A stretch of DNA of 64,000 nucleotides from Mizuhopecten yessoensis (lineage: Eukaryota), in the NCBI RefSeq assembly GCF_002113885.1, contig NW_018408465.1, positions 3,371,898-3,435,897 on the forward strand, given 5' to 3'. Position 1 is the first letter of the stretch. Each line of letters begins with the position of its first letter. The notes beneath the pieces were generated by a model. That model was not told the DNA's origin, did no database searches, and saw nothing but the letters and a program-made list of their open reading frames with translations. A program made the position numbers and the translations under genes. Below, in pieces: positions 49,301 to 61,617 of this stretch.

Positions 49301-52300
49301 TCTAATGATAGCGTAACACTTCTTAAGACAGAATAGTACACTTATCTAACACTTCTAATGATAGCGTAACACTTCTTAAGACAGAATAGTACACTTATCT
49401 AACACTTCTAATGATAGCGTAACACTTCTTAAGACAGAATAGTACACTTATCTAACACTTCTAATGATAGCGTAACACTTCTTAAGACAGAATAGTACAC
49501 TTATCTAACACTTCTAATGATAGCGTAACACTTCTTAAGACAGAATAGTACACTTATCTAACACTTCTAATGATAGCGTAACACTTCTTAAGACAGAATA
49601 GTACACTTATCTAACACTTCTAATGATAGCGTAACACTTCTTAAGACAGAATAGTACACTTATCTAACACTTCTAATGATAGCGTAACACTTCTTAAGAC
49701 AGAATAGTACACTTATCTAACACTTCTAATGATAGCGTAACACTTCTTAAGACAGAATAGTACACTTATCTAACACTTCTAATGATAGCGTAACACTTCT
49801 TAAGACAGAATAGTACACTTATCTAACACTTCTAATGATAGCGTAACACTTCTTAAGACAGAATAGTACACTTATCTAACACTTCTAATGATAGCGTAAC
49901 ACTTCTTAAGACAGAATAGTACACTTATCTAACACTTCTAATGATAGCGTAACACTTCTTAAGACAGAATAGTACACTTATCTAACACTTCTAATGATAG
50001 CGTAACACTTCTTAAGACAGAATAGTACACTTATCTAACACTTCTAATGATAGCGTAACACTTCTTAAGACAGAATAGTACACTTATCTAACACTTCTAA
50101 TGATAGCGTAACACTTCTTAAGACAGAATAGTACACTTATCTAACACTTCTAATGATAGCGTAACACTTCTTAAGACAGAATAGTACACTTATCTAACAC
50201 TTCTAATGATAGCGTAACACTTCTTAAGACAGAATAGTACACTTACCTAACACTTCTAATGATAGCGTAACACTTCTTAAGACAGAATAGTACACTTACC
50301 TAACACTTCTAATGATAGCATAACGCTTCTTACAACAGAATAGTACACTTACCTAACACTTCTAATGATAGCGTAACACTTCTTACAACAGAATAGTACA
50401 CTTATCTAACACTTCTAATGATAGCATAACACTTCTTACAACAGAATAGTACACTTATCTAACACTTCTAATGATAGCATTGTAAACTGATCTATCACTG
50501 ATTATCAATTACATTTCAAGATTTCTTGCCGCTGATCTTGTCATCATATCCTGTCAACCCTTCCCCTTACCTATCAATGACCTTGACCATTACAAAATTG
50601 ACCTCACCTTGTCACCTTTCAGTTGCAATCTGTGATATTTCATTATGCCAGGTGGCATTTGAGAATTGTAAGAGTCTTATCTGTAGCGTTATTATGCATT
50701 TAAGCTTATATATGAAATCTAGTCATGACTTAAAGTTGAGATTTTCGATTTGTTTCCAATAAATAAATCAGAGTAAAAGTGAACCTTTTACATAGTATTA
50801 ATCTTTAAGAAAAATTAAGATGATGAAATATAATGTAAAAAAGCTATCAGTAAAATAGCTGACATATTGTTTATTAACTCATTCACCCCTGAAATTTTGC
50901 AATGCACTGTTCCAATCTTTGAATTGGAAGAGTTCAAATGTGTGTTCAGGGGTGAATGAGTATTGCTGGTACCAAAGTGAACAGGAATCAAAAGGTTATC
51001 CTGTTACAGGTTTCCTGTAATAGTTTATATCTCAAACTTAACTGTGACATATAATCTTATTGTAAGCCAACAGAAACTGTGATGTGTTTTTTTATTAACC
51101 CTTTCACCACTGTAGACCATAATGGACTCGTCCAGATCAATGTATGGTAGAGTCTACTAAAGTTACCTAGGGGTGAACGGGTTAAAGATGCTTGATTATA
51201 AGTGGCAACTGGAGATCAATTTTGCTGTAGCAGCCATAACATACATGTTTGTTTACATGTCCGTGTCCGGACAGTACCGTCATGACCAGTAATGTGTAAG
51301 GCTAGCACTTCATCAACATATTGCACCATTCGTTAACATTTGATCTTGTTTACCTTGTCTAATACGATTTAAGACACACAAAAAGATATTGATTGGTGAA
51401 ACCTATGTGCTGACAATGCAAAACTTCAAACAAAACTACAGATATCTAAATAAATGTTTAAAACATTGTAACTTACTGAAATGAAAACAATTAACAGTTG
51501 AGAAATGACATTCTAAATTTCTCAAAACTCATGTAATTAACATCTTGGTGAACATAAAACAAGCTGTGTTAAAGTAGTGAAGTTTTATACAGTACATTAT
51601 TAAACTCATTAAGTTTTACACCTTTCTTTATAGTCTACAAACATCATTTGGTAAAGAAAGTGTGTTTCAACACTGTACAATTCTTTCTTAATAATGAATA
51701 CTAGCAATTCACATCCAGGCCACTGAAGCAACATGCTTGGGCATTCAGTCCAATAACATTGTATGTCTGTCTACACCATTAGGCTCCTTAACCCTGTCAT
51801 CACTGTAGACCATAATGGACTCATCCAGATCAAAGCAAGGTAGAGTCTACTAAAGTTGCATAGGGGTGTAAGGGTTAAGAATGTCCCTTATCGTTTCATA
51901 TTCTGGTCATCAATGGCTACTGACCAGTCTTGCTGTCAGGTGTCAAGTCAATCCACTATCATCATGACCTGGAAGCATTACTCTATACATGTGTGTGCTA
52001 ATTAACATAGTCACAAAATAACACACAGATGGTTTAATTTGTGTGGTCTAGATAGGATTTTACATACAAGCTAACTAAACAGGTAAAAAAACGTTTACCA
52101 AAAATTTCAAAATTTCAAATTATTTGTAAAAGTACACATACTTAGTTATGACACTAATTATTTTTTCTGTATATGTTTATCAACCAAAATCCATGACATG
52201 CTACCTTATCTTAGATATTATATCAGATTCAAACTTTAACATATTGGTAATTATGCTAAATGAAGGTGAAATAATACTTCATATGATGGTATATAATGTA

Positions 52301-54107
52301 GATACAATGTATATGATATACTGTAGCCACTTACATAGGAATGTAATGCACTAATCTGTGAGGACAACAATATTAAGAACTTAAACATTATCATCACTTC
52401 CTTTCTCTTCAATACTTATAATAGACATGTTAAAATATCATTACTTTTGCAACCTTTAGGAATGTCTTAAACAAAAAGGTACCTTGATTTGCCCAATTTT
52501 GAAATTTTAATCTTTGCAAATTCATCAACCTCAGATCAACTATTAACAATAAATCCTTTCATACAAATATATACCTGTCTATGATATCTAACATATACAT
52601 CTATGTCTAAATACAATTCTAACAAGAGGTATAATGAGCCTGTAGGTTTGTTGATTTCGCATGAAATATGGAATACTGTCACTTCTTGGTCGGAAGAATA
52701 ATTTTAAGGTTAAATGTCTGGAACTACCTATGTTAACCTTTGAGCCGTATGTGACGGTCTACATCCCAACAGGCACATACTCACTTACAAAATCTGACAT
52801 ATACCCTGTTCTATGTCTATGAAAGTGAATAAAGGGCCACAACTCTGTATATAATGGGGCAGGAAACAGGATTTCAATATGCAACACTCCATTGTCCAAG
52901 GAGGTACTTACATAAGATATTAGGTAATTGCAGGTGCCAGAAAGAGATATATGTCCTGCACAAAGTGACACAGACAGACTGACGGAAGGACAAACGGAAG
53001 AATGAATGGATTGCAGACCTGTAGACCAGTCTGGTAGTAACAGTGGGGAACAAATAACCATTTTTTAGAGGTGATTCATGTTTCTCCTGCCTAACACAGT
53101 CAAGTGTGTGCCCAAGCTGTCTACTCTACTGCCAGTCTAACAAGCACATGTAACATGCCCGGTTCTCTCGAAGTTCACATCCTCCACACAAAATAAAATT
53201 ACTTCATACATATTCTCACACCCTTCTGCCATCCTGTGTTTCATACGTATTATTCTCAAAACCAATTTGTGTTATATTTCAATTCAACCTCATGAAGACG
53301 GTATGATTTAAATGAGCTGAAATTCTCTAAATATAAGATCCATACACTATAGTTCATTGTTGTTAGCTATTAACATGTAACCATGGTAACGAGTAGCACT
53401 GAACTTACCTTCGAGTCTTTGGTGTTGGGGACAAAATGTTGAAGGTCCTTGACGGATGCCATTAGAAATGGAATGCGATCCTCTAACACCTGCATATGTA
53501 TAAAGAGAACCCTATTCAAACGAAACACTCAAGGCATCATTTTAAACCAAATGGTGCATGAATTTGAATCATTCTGCTAGACAGAATACCATATTCTGAC
53601 CAAACATTGCCAAATCATTTCATCAGGAATAAATAGATTTTTGGATGACAGAAATTTAAAAATTTACACCAGAGAACAACTTACCAAAGATTTGTGTTCA
53701 GACCTAATATTTAAAATTGAAGGTAGTCAATGTGTGGGTACGCTTACATTTATGATGACCAATGTCCGTTACATCCTAGGTCATGACATTTGACTCGTTT
53801 ACTTTCAGTAAATGTATTTAAAGTTGAAAGTACACATGTATGACCTATTTAACAGTACACAAAATTTGATTGGTCCATCCCGTAGGTTCATACATAAGTT
53901 TGTTTTCTCTTAAGTTCAAAGGTCATCCTTTTAATCTGTTGCATGAAAACATCTGTACAGACTCAAAACCTAAGGTCAACCAGTTTGAACTGTGACCCCT
54001 TAAACCATGCGACCTTATACATACAGCAAGTAGGGCTTCTTGGGCGAGGGAGCGGAAAGACAGCAGTACACCTATCATAGTCATCCGCATCAGTACACTG
54101 TCAGCAT
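40226..54107 (-). CDS. NCKAP1: Nck-associated protein 1 (Nap1/Hem/Kette; WAVE regulatory complex), 3' part; continues beyond the right edge
   Basis: Exons 54025-54107, 53409-53489, 43894-43978, 41634-41744, 41174-41286, 40724-40813 and 40226-40339 splice in frame: [118 protein letters not shown]. Confidence 0.96.
40724..40813 (-). CDS. NCKAP1: NCKAP1 exon
   Basis: [30 protein letters not shown]. Confidence 0.95.
41174..41286 (-). CDS. NCKAP1: NCKAP1 exon
   Basis: [38 protein letters not shown]. Confidence 0.95.
41634..41744 (-). CDS. NCKAP1: NCKAP1 exon
   Basis: [37 protein letters not shown]. Confidence 0.95.
42700..43410. repeat. 41/44-bp intronic tandem repeat
   Basis: Unit TCATGTCTTTATGTCTGACTGTATGATTACATTGTAATAG(GAG)T. 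Confidence 0.92.
43539..43580 (-). CDS. NCKAP1: Candidate NCKAP1 42-nt cassette exon
   Basis: tttttctgatag|GG CAA CTC AAT TTG TCG GAC TCG ACA GAC GAC ATC TCT GAA G|gtaaac; phase 1-1 matches the intron. Confidence 0.6.
43894..43978 (-). CDS. NCKAP1: NCKAP1 exon
   Basis: [28 protein letters not shown]. Confidence 0.95.
44241..44450. mobile_element. TA-flanked MITE (Tc1/mariner-like)
   Basis: TACAGTATAATGGGAAATTTTCGCC...GGTGAAAGTTTCCCGGTATACAGTA imperfect TIRs. Confidence 0.6.
44783..45276. mobile_element. Mutator-like non-autonomous element with long TIRs and an internal ~140-bp tandem duplication
   Basis: CGTCCTCGATATCCAGGGGTCACG / CGTAACCCCTGGATATCGAGGATG; 9-bp TSD AGACAACTG (44774-44782 and 45277-45285). 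Confidence 0.88.
47276..47296 (-). CDS. NCKAP1: Candidate NCKAP1 21-nt microexon (YSSMKQQ)
   Basis: ctgtttttcctccatgtgacag|TAT TCT TCA ATG AAA CAG CAG|gtttgt; phase 0-0 matches the intron. Confidence 0.45.
47390..50480. repeat. 53-bp highly homogeneous intronic satellite (~3.1 kb) built on a 20-bp subrepeat
   Basis: Unit GATAGCGTAACACTTCTTAAGACAGAATAGTACACTTATCTAACACTTCTAAT; pure 20-mer run GATAGCGTAACACTTCTTAC at the left end. Confidence 0.97.
50874..50964. mobile_element. piggyBac-like MITE family B (TTAA; TIR CTCATTCACCCCT); also 59937-60023 and 62854-62944
   Basis: TTAA-CTCATTCACCCCT...AGGGGTGAATG(A/G)G-(TTAA). Confidence 0.8.
53409..53489 (-). CDS. NCKAP1: NCKAP1 exon
   Basis: [27 protein letters not shown]. 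Confidence 0.93.
54025..54107 (-). CDS. NCKAP1: NCKAP1 exon
   Basis: [27 protein letters not shown]. Confidence 0.95.
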
Positions 54108-56709
54108 CTGTAACAAGGGCACATAACTCTAGTATACAAGAATAGTAATACAGGTTATTAAAGAAACTGAATAACACAACAAAATTTACAGAGATGAGTG
54201 ATGACACAATAAAATTTACAGAGATGAGTGATGACACAATAAGTTTTTTAATGTTATTCAAAAGGAAATCAACTTAAAGGAGGTATTTATTTTTCTTAGT
54301 TTACATTAAAAATTAATTGTCCTGAGCTTTAACTTTGGTTTGTAATAAAACATTCCAACAGGATTTTAATGCTAAAAACTTTGTTCAATCAAATCGTTCA
54401 ATTTAAAAACAAAATAAATCTGCTTTCTTGCCATCAGAACATGTTGAATGTCACATGTATAAAGGTGAAGTTGTCGATATCAGTAGTTTGGAAAATATCT
54501 CCAATGTATCATCTGATGCTTTTAATAGGTTGATAAAAGGGTATTACATCTGTGTAGAGATCATCTAGTGTTTGGGCATTCTCATAAATATTTTACACAT
54601 GCTTCATTTTCTTGGGGAAAACTTTTTGTATACATGCCACACAAAATAATTAAATATATAGTTGATGGATCACAGCATGCTGGGTTTGGAAGCTTCAACT
54701 AAAAGGTTTTCTTTCTTTTCAGAGAAAAACAATTGACCATAGAAGACAGTTGTACCTAGCGAATACAGTATACAGATATTAACGGTAAAACCATATTGTG
54801 AATGATAAATTCTGGAAAAAACTTCTATAATAAAGATTGATTTTCAAGTGTCTATTCGTTAAAATTGTTACTTCAAGCTAAAGTAACTTTAATATATTAA
54901 AGAAATATTGCTAAAATGAAAATACGTTCATATTTTCAATAGTCTATGAAGTTTTTAGAGTGTTGTGGTTGTCTGGTCACCGGCTACAGACAGGGGTAAA
55001 ACAGGAAGTGACATCACAAGGCATGCACGAGGAAACAGACACCAGTCAGATCAAGTCTACTACCTTAATGACACACCAATTTGTCAAATCTAAAACAAGC
55101 AACTTGTTCTTTTTTAAATGATTATGAAAATTTCACAGAATCAATGTTTTGTCTTTATGTGTCATTAAGTAATTCAATGGTGCAGGAAAGTAGACCCCAC
55201 AATGTTTTTCAAGAATATCTATATTTGAATGTCAGAATTGGAATATCAATATTTGGGATGAAGTGAGACAGTTATTAGTCTCTGTATCAGCCACAACTGA
55301 ATAAACCATACGACTATGAAATCAAATGATACATTACTTATATATCAACAAGGATGTGATTACTTGTTAGATTAGAGTCAACATAGCATTTAAGGAGTTG
55401 ATTGACAAGTCTTTTTCAAGCAAATCAAGCGCCATAACTCTTTTAATATCGATAACAAAAATATATGATCAGTCAATTAGGTCACACATGCAATTGCTCT
55501 TGTGACAGATGTATGCAAATATCTATTAAAATCATTGCATAACTGGAAAACCAGTGCAAACAAAATTCTTTCTACAGACAGACAGATGTCCTACGATTTT
55601 CACACTGAAACTAAAATCTGATGTAAAAACAAACGAAGAATTGCTTGGAACAGCCAATTAATCGAGGGCATATTAGTAAAGAATCTAGGAATTATATAGC
55701 GTGAGGTCTGCTTTTGAAGTCACTGTATCTTAATAATGAAATTGCAGATATAATGCTCCTGTGTAAACATATTTTGATCCATGATTCTAATGACTACAGT
55801 TTATTACATTTTTGCCAGAGAAATATTGGATTCTATCATCTTGATAAAACTGATATTTTTCACACTGTGACTAATATCAAAAGTATCACTTTTTGGTATT
55901 GACCAATCATAACAGTATCTTCTATTCGCTGCATTCAAAGGCAACTATTTTTTGTTCAGATTCAAATAAAGCGACACTAGAATAAGTGGTTGCTATGGTA
56001 AATGTGTGGTACACACACTTAAGTATTTACATAAATATACAATTAATAACATTTATATAAGCGATCAATTCAAAGAAAATAGCAGAAAAAGTCGAAATTG
56101 CACTGAGTTATCCCATTCAAAATGGTGCACAGCCTTGTTGTCAAGCGTGACGTTATTAGAATATGCTGCGCACTCGTGAAAAATATCAAAATATTAGCCA
56201 CACTCGTGAAATATATTTGTTATTACAGAAGGCACTGTTAAATATCTTATCCTCTAATCCTTTTTGTCTAGCCCTTCCCTCCAACATTTCACTGGTTGCT
56301 ATTTTGACTTTATTGTACTTTAAAAGGTACAAAACAGAGTTAATGCAGCACTAATCAGAAATCACACACCAGTCCCTTACCATCATCTTACCATCATCGA
56401 ATCAAAACAGTGAAAACTTAGTACATGTACATGTATTTTCTCACCAACAAGACTACACGCAGGTACAGATTTGCTTTTAGTTTTTCCTCCATGAAATAGC
56501 GTACAAAGACTGTCCACTTATGATGGAGCCACTCCTGACCAAGTGGTCAATTCAATGTGACACATCACTTAGTTGTCATAGCCTGGTCAATGTAGTATGA
56601 TAGCCCACACTGTCACATTATTCAGACAACTGGCTAAGCACAGGTGCCAAGAGACAAAATGTCAAAATACAATGTAGGACAGAATTCTTGAGAGGTGCAA
56701 GACAGATAA

Positions 56710-58535
56710 ATAACCAGCTATAGTACCATATGTATGTCATAATTAAGTCAGTTTCCATAGTAACTAGCTATTGTACGATGTGTAAGAGGCTAAATGTATA
56801 TCATAATTAAGTCAGTTTCCATGGTAACCAGCTATAGTACCATGTGTAAGTGGCTATATGTATATCATAATTAAGTAAGTGTCCATGGTAACCAGCTATA
56901 TAGTACGGTTTGTAAGTTGCTATATGTATATCATAATTAAGTAAGTTTCCATGGTAACCAGCTATATAGTACGGTTTGTAAGTTGCTATATGTATATCAT
57001 AATTAAGTAAGTTTCCATGGTAACCAGCTATAGTACCGTTTGTAAGTGGCTATGTGTATGTCATAATAAAGTCAGTTTCCATAGTAACTAGCTATTTTAC
57101 GATGTGTAAGAGGCTAAATGTATATCATAATAAAGAGTTTCCATAGTAACCAGCTATTGTACCATATGTAAGTGGTTATATGTATATCATAATAAAGTCA
57201 GTTTCCATAGTAACCAGCTATTGTACCGTGTGTAAGTGGCTATATGCACAGTAAATATTCAGTTTCTGAGGTAACTAGCTACAGTACCGTGCATAAGAGG
57301 AATATGTACAATATACAGTCAGTTTCCATAGTAACCAGCTATAGTACCATGCATAAGAGGATTATGTACAGTATATAGTCAGTTTCCATAGTAACCAGCT
57401 ATAGTACCATGCATAAGAGAATTATGTACAGTATATAGTCAGTTTCCATAGTAACCAGCTATTGTACCATATGTAAGTGGTTATATGTATATCATAATAA
57501 AGTCAGTTTCCATAATAACCAGCTATAGTACCATACGTAAAAGGATATATGTACAGTATATAGTCAGTTTCCAAGGTTAACAAGATAAGTACTAACATGT
57601 ATAAGAATTATGCTAATATGTATTATATATAAAGTCTGTTTCCATAGTAACCAGCTTTGATTTCAGGTGTAAGAGACTATGTGTATATCATTTATTCAGT
57701 TTCCAAGGTAGCAAGCTATAGAACTACCATTTGTACTATATAGTCTGTTTCCATAGTAACCGTATGCAGTATCAGGTGTAAAAAGCTGTATGTATAACGT
57801 ATCCAGTCAGTTCCACACTTCCATATTTGGTAACTGAGTGATCACGTGATTTGACACAGTCTTGTAAGTGGTCAGTGCACTGCCAAGTCTTTGAAGTGAG
57901 TGGACGTTAGTTGGAGTATATACCACGTGTAAGAAGCTATATACATATACATAACATATAAAGTCAGTTTCGAAGGTAACCAGTTATGATATGAGGTGAA
58001 GGAAGCTATATGTATTACATAAAGTTGTAGTAGTAACCAGTTGTGGTATTAGGTGTAACAGGTACATGTGTAGTACCAGGTGTAACAGGTATATGTTTAT
58101 CATTTTAAGTCAGTTTCCATGGTTACCAGTTACATGTGTAGTATCAGGTGTAACAGTTATATGTATATCACTTCAAGTCAGTTTCCATGGTTACTAGTTA
58201 CATGTGTAGTATCCGGTGTAGCAGTTATACGTATATCATTTTAAGTCAGTTTCCATGGTTACCAGTTACATGTGTAGTATCAGGTGTAGCAGTTATATGT
58301 ATATCATTATAAGTCAGTTTCCATGGTTACCAGTTACATGTGTAGTACCAGGTGTAAGCAGTTATATGACCGCCAAAGACAGTTTTCCTGACCACTAGCT
58401 CTAGTACCAGGTGCAAAAAGCTTTACATATATCATACAGTCAGCTTCCATGGCCCCAGATAAAGTTCCAGATATGGGAAGCAATATAGATATATCATTCA
58501 ATGTCAGTTTCCATGGCAACCATATATAATACCAG
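56710..58535. repeat. ~62-66-bp diverged satellite with GTTTCCAT(A/G)GTAAC in most units
   Basis: Recurrent AAGTCAGTTTCCATAGTAACCAGCTATAGTACC. Confidence 0.9.
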
Positions 58536-58637
58536 GTTTATACAACATTCAACCAACAACAGGATCTACATCACTAGGGTGGCATATCTGTGACAAGCAT
58601 TCCAAAGATGCAGATTTGTTCATGTTCACAAACTTAC

Positions 58638-58658
58638 CTGTAGCAGTTTGTTTTGAAT
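58638..58658 (-). CDS. NCKAP1: Candidate NCKAP1 21-nt microexon (xSKQTAT)
   Basis: tttcttttag|AT TCA AAA CAA ACT GCT ACA G|gtaagt; phase 1-1 matches the intron. Confidence 0.55.
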
Positions 58659-60680
58659 CTAAAAGAAATTGGTACCATACATGAACAATCACAGTTTGTT
58701 GAATGACTTTTCATTGACTTACAGTGATAATTGTACCGATTCAAGCAAGAATGATTATATAAGTGTCTAATGTTTAAATGATGATATTGACAGGTAGGTT
58801 ACATTGGCTAAATATGTATAAATTTACTATACATCTCACTATGCACATCTTCTATCTATAACTCATGTTTGTACCAAACAAATGTTACTTCCTGTACAGA
58901 TTTATATGACACAGATATTGATGTAATAAATACACAATACAATGTACTGTGGTAAAGAGTAACTGATTCAAACAACAGGCATACACATTATATAATTAAA
59001 TATCTTATAAATAAACGTATCAAGGACAGAATACCAGCTATAATCCACTTCTAACATGTACTATTATGATGGCGAGCTACGTTCATATAAATGTAATACA
59101 TGTACTATGTGAGACTTAAAGAATCTGTCATATACAATGGAGGTGGATAGATAATTCCTCCCAAGGGGATCATTAATTGGAGTAAAACCTGAGGCTCTGT
59201 GTATGACCCACGAGGGAGGAATTATCTTTCCTACAACTATTACAAATGAAAGGGTATTTTTTTCTCTCATATCCTCTATCAAAATCAAAATATTGAACCT
59301 TCTCAACATTCACTCGTCGTTGTAGTTTTCAAAAAAACATCTTTGTGATTTTTCATGGAAAAATAATGAATTCTATAAATCCATAAACTGCACTATTACC
59401 CTCCCAGAAAAACTGTTTCCCTGAGAATTCAGATTAACTAGCTATTCACCTTGGTGCTTTTCATACAGCTATTTGTGTAGTTAGTTTGGGCATGTTTGAA
59501 CATCATAAGTATTTTCATTTAATTTACATAAAGACAAATAAACATCTTGATAAAAAAAACATTTTTTTCGAGCAATTATATGTTTTTTATAAAATATTTC
59601 TTCAATACAGCTCAATCCCCATCATGCAATCAATTCCCTTATGTAAATGGATTAAGAAACAACGGCTATCCGCAGTTACTCCCCTTTGTTGTTGTATTGA
59701 ACCTTGTGATCATTTCATCACTAGTGAATATATAGGTATCTTACATGGCAAGGTTTACCTTACAGGATATGAGAGAAAAACACCTGTCTAAACCGAATAC
59801 CTTGGGCTGAATCTGTCTATAAGATCAGTTCTGTTCTCACAGGCTATACAGATAACCTCACTACATTACCGTCAGCATTCCTTTGAGATTTCAGTGTTAT
59901 CAATAGGTTTGGCAAGGAAGACTTTTAAGGAATGTTTTAACTCATTCACCCCTGAAATTTCATAATGAACTATTCTAACCTTTGAATTGGATGAGTTCAA
60001 ATGTGTCTTTAGGGGTGAATGTCACATTTAAAAGAAAAGGGGACCATGAAACAAGTAGTGACGGTTGAAACAAAAGACAATATAGTGAGGTTTTATTGTA
60101 TATATAAAATTTCCTCAATGGAGGTCTGTTGTACATAAGTTTCCAGATACCCCTGGTTCGGTTTAGACAGGAAATATCATATATCATTAACTTTCATTAT
60201 TTATAAAAACATTTTGCTCAAAATAATTCAAAAATGTAAAACAGGGCTGCAAAATAAAACTCAAAAATGCCAATGAAGAAAGTTCAGTTTCTTTGACAGA
60301 ACAAGACAACTTAATAACACCATCCCAGCATTCCATTTCTGAAAATTGTCATTATAAATTAACTGATTAAGTATTGTTACTTGTCAAGAAATGAGAGAAA
60401 GTCCACCTACGGCCTCGTCCAGTGTAGGCAAATATCATGCACCAAGCATTCCAAAACAGGTAAAAATGGCTGATACATGTTACTCTTATACCCTATACTC
60501 TGGATAAAATATTGAAACAGAATCCTCTCATCTATTTTTTGAGTAAGTTTTAACAAGTAAAGATTTTTCTAATATGAATCCTTGAGACAAACTTTTAAGT
60601 ATTCAAGAAATTTATCAAAATATAACCTTTATATACAACAATTATGAAATAATTTATTTCAACTTATATTAATCATTCTT

Positions 60681-60859
60681 GTTAGCCCGAATGTTAGCGC
60701 GTGGGAGATCTTAGTGTGGGAGGAAACTGGAGTACCTGTAGAAAACCCATGTGGTCAGGCAGGTGACCTCAGACCTTTTCACTTCTGACCGGAGAATCAA
60801 AACCCCAACCGCCGTGGTGAAATGAAAGTTCGCTATCCACTGCGTCACCCAACCACCCG
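60681..60859 (-). mobile_element. tRNA-derived SINE with V-domain-like core
   Basis: Minus strand: tRNA-like head, then GGGTTTTCTACAGGTACTCCAGTTTCCTCCCACA. Confidence 0.75.
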
Positions 60860-61599
60860 ATTATTACAACATCATTATTGTCAGTTATCTGCCATGAGAG
60901 AAAGTTTAGTTTTGAAGAAGACTATAAATATCCGGAAAATGGTTTACTTTGTGTCTTTGTACTTTTCAAATACTCTTCCACATTTTTTTTAAAGTGACTA
61001 CAGATGTCATTTTAAGGAAATTGAGAATTTAGAAGTTGAAAATGTGGAAGATTCCAAGCTGATAGAAAACAGATGATGTCTTGATTCCTGAACAAGCAAA
61101 TCATCTGGTTAACTATGGAGATAATTACAGAATTAAATACCATGCAAATAAAAAAGGAAAAAAATTACAGACTTAAAAGTAAGAACTCAAGTTCCATCCT
61201 AACAGGAATCAAGGACACAGAGAACAAAGTTTGTTGTGGTTCATCAAAGTATATTTTGACCGCAGTTTCTTATATTTTCATTCACGAAACCTTCAACGGA
61301 ACATTTGACGTGACAAAGCAATAATTTCCCCCGGAATTCATTCACTTATTAACTTGTTTCGCATGATTTTTTGGAATAAATGTTTATAAATTCCTGTTGT
61401 AAACCTTGATTCCTGTTTCCTTGTAAAATAATTTCAAGCATTGCAATATTGACATAAAACATTCTTCGTGAACCTCTAGTTGTCATGGTAACAACAACCA
61501 AGCAATGTATTTGATGCAAAAGAAAACGAATGGAAACATTCCGATGAAAACCCAAATCTCTAGGTAGTATGCTGATTACTGATCAACTGAAAAGCTTAC

Positions 61600-61617
61600 T
61601 TGCAGCTGTCTTGGGTT
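61600..61617 (-). CDS. NCKAP1: Candidate NCKAP1 18-nt microexon (xPKTAA)
   Basis: ttttattccactcacttag|AA CCC AAG ACA GCT GCA A|gtaagc; phase 1-1. Confidence 0.45.
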
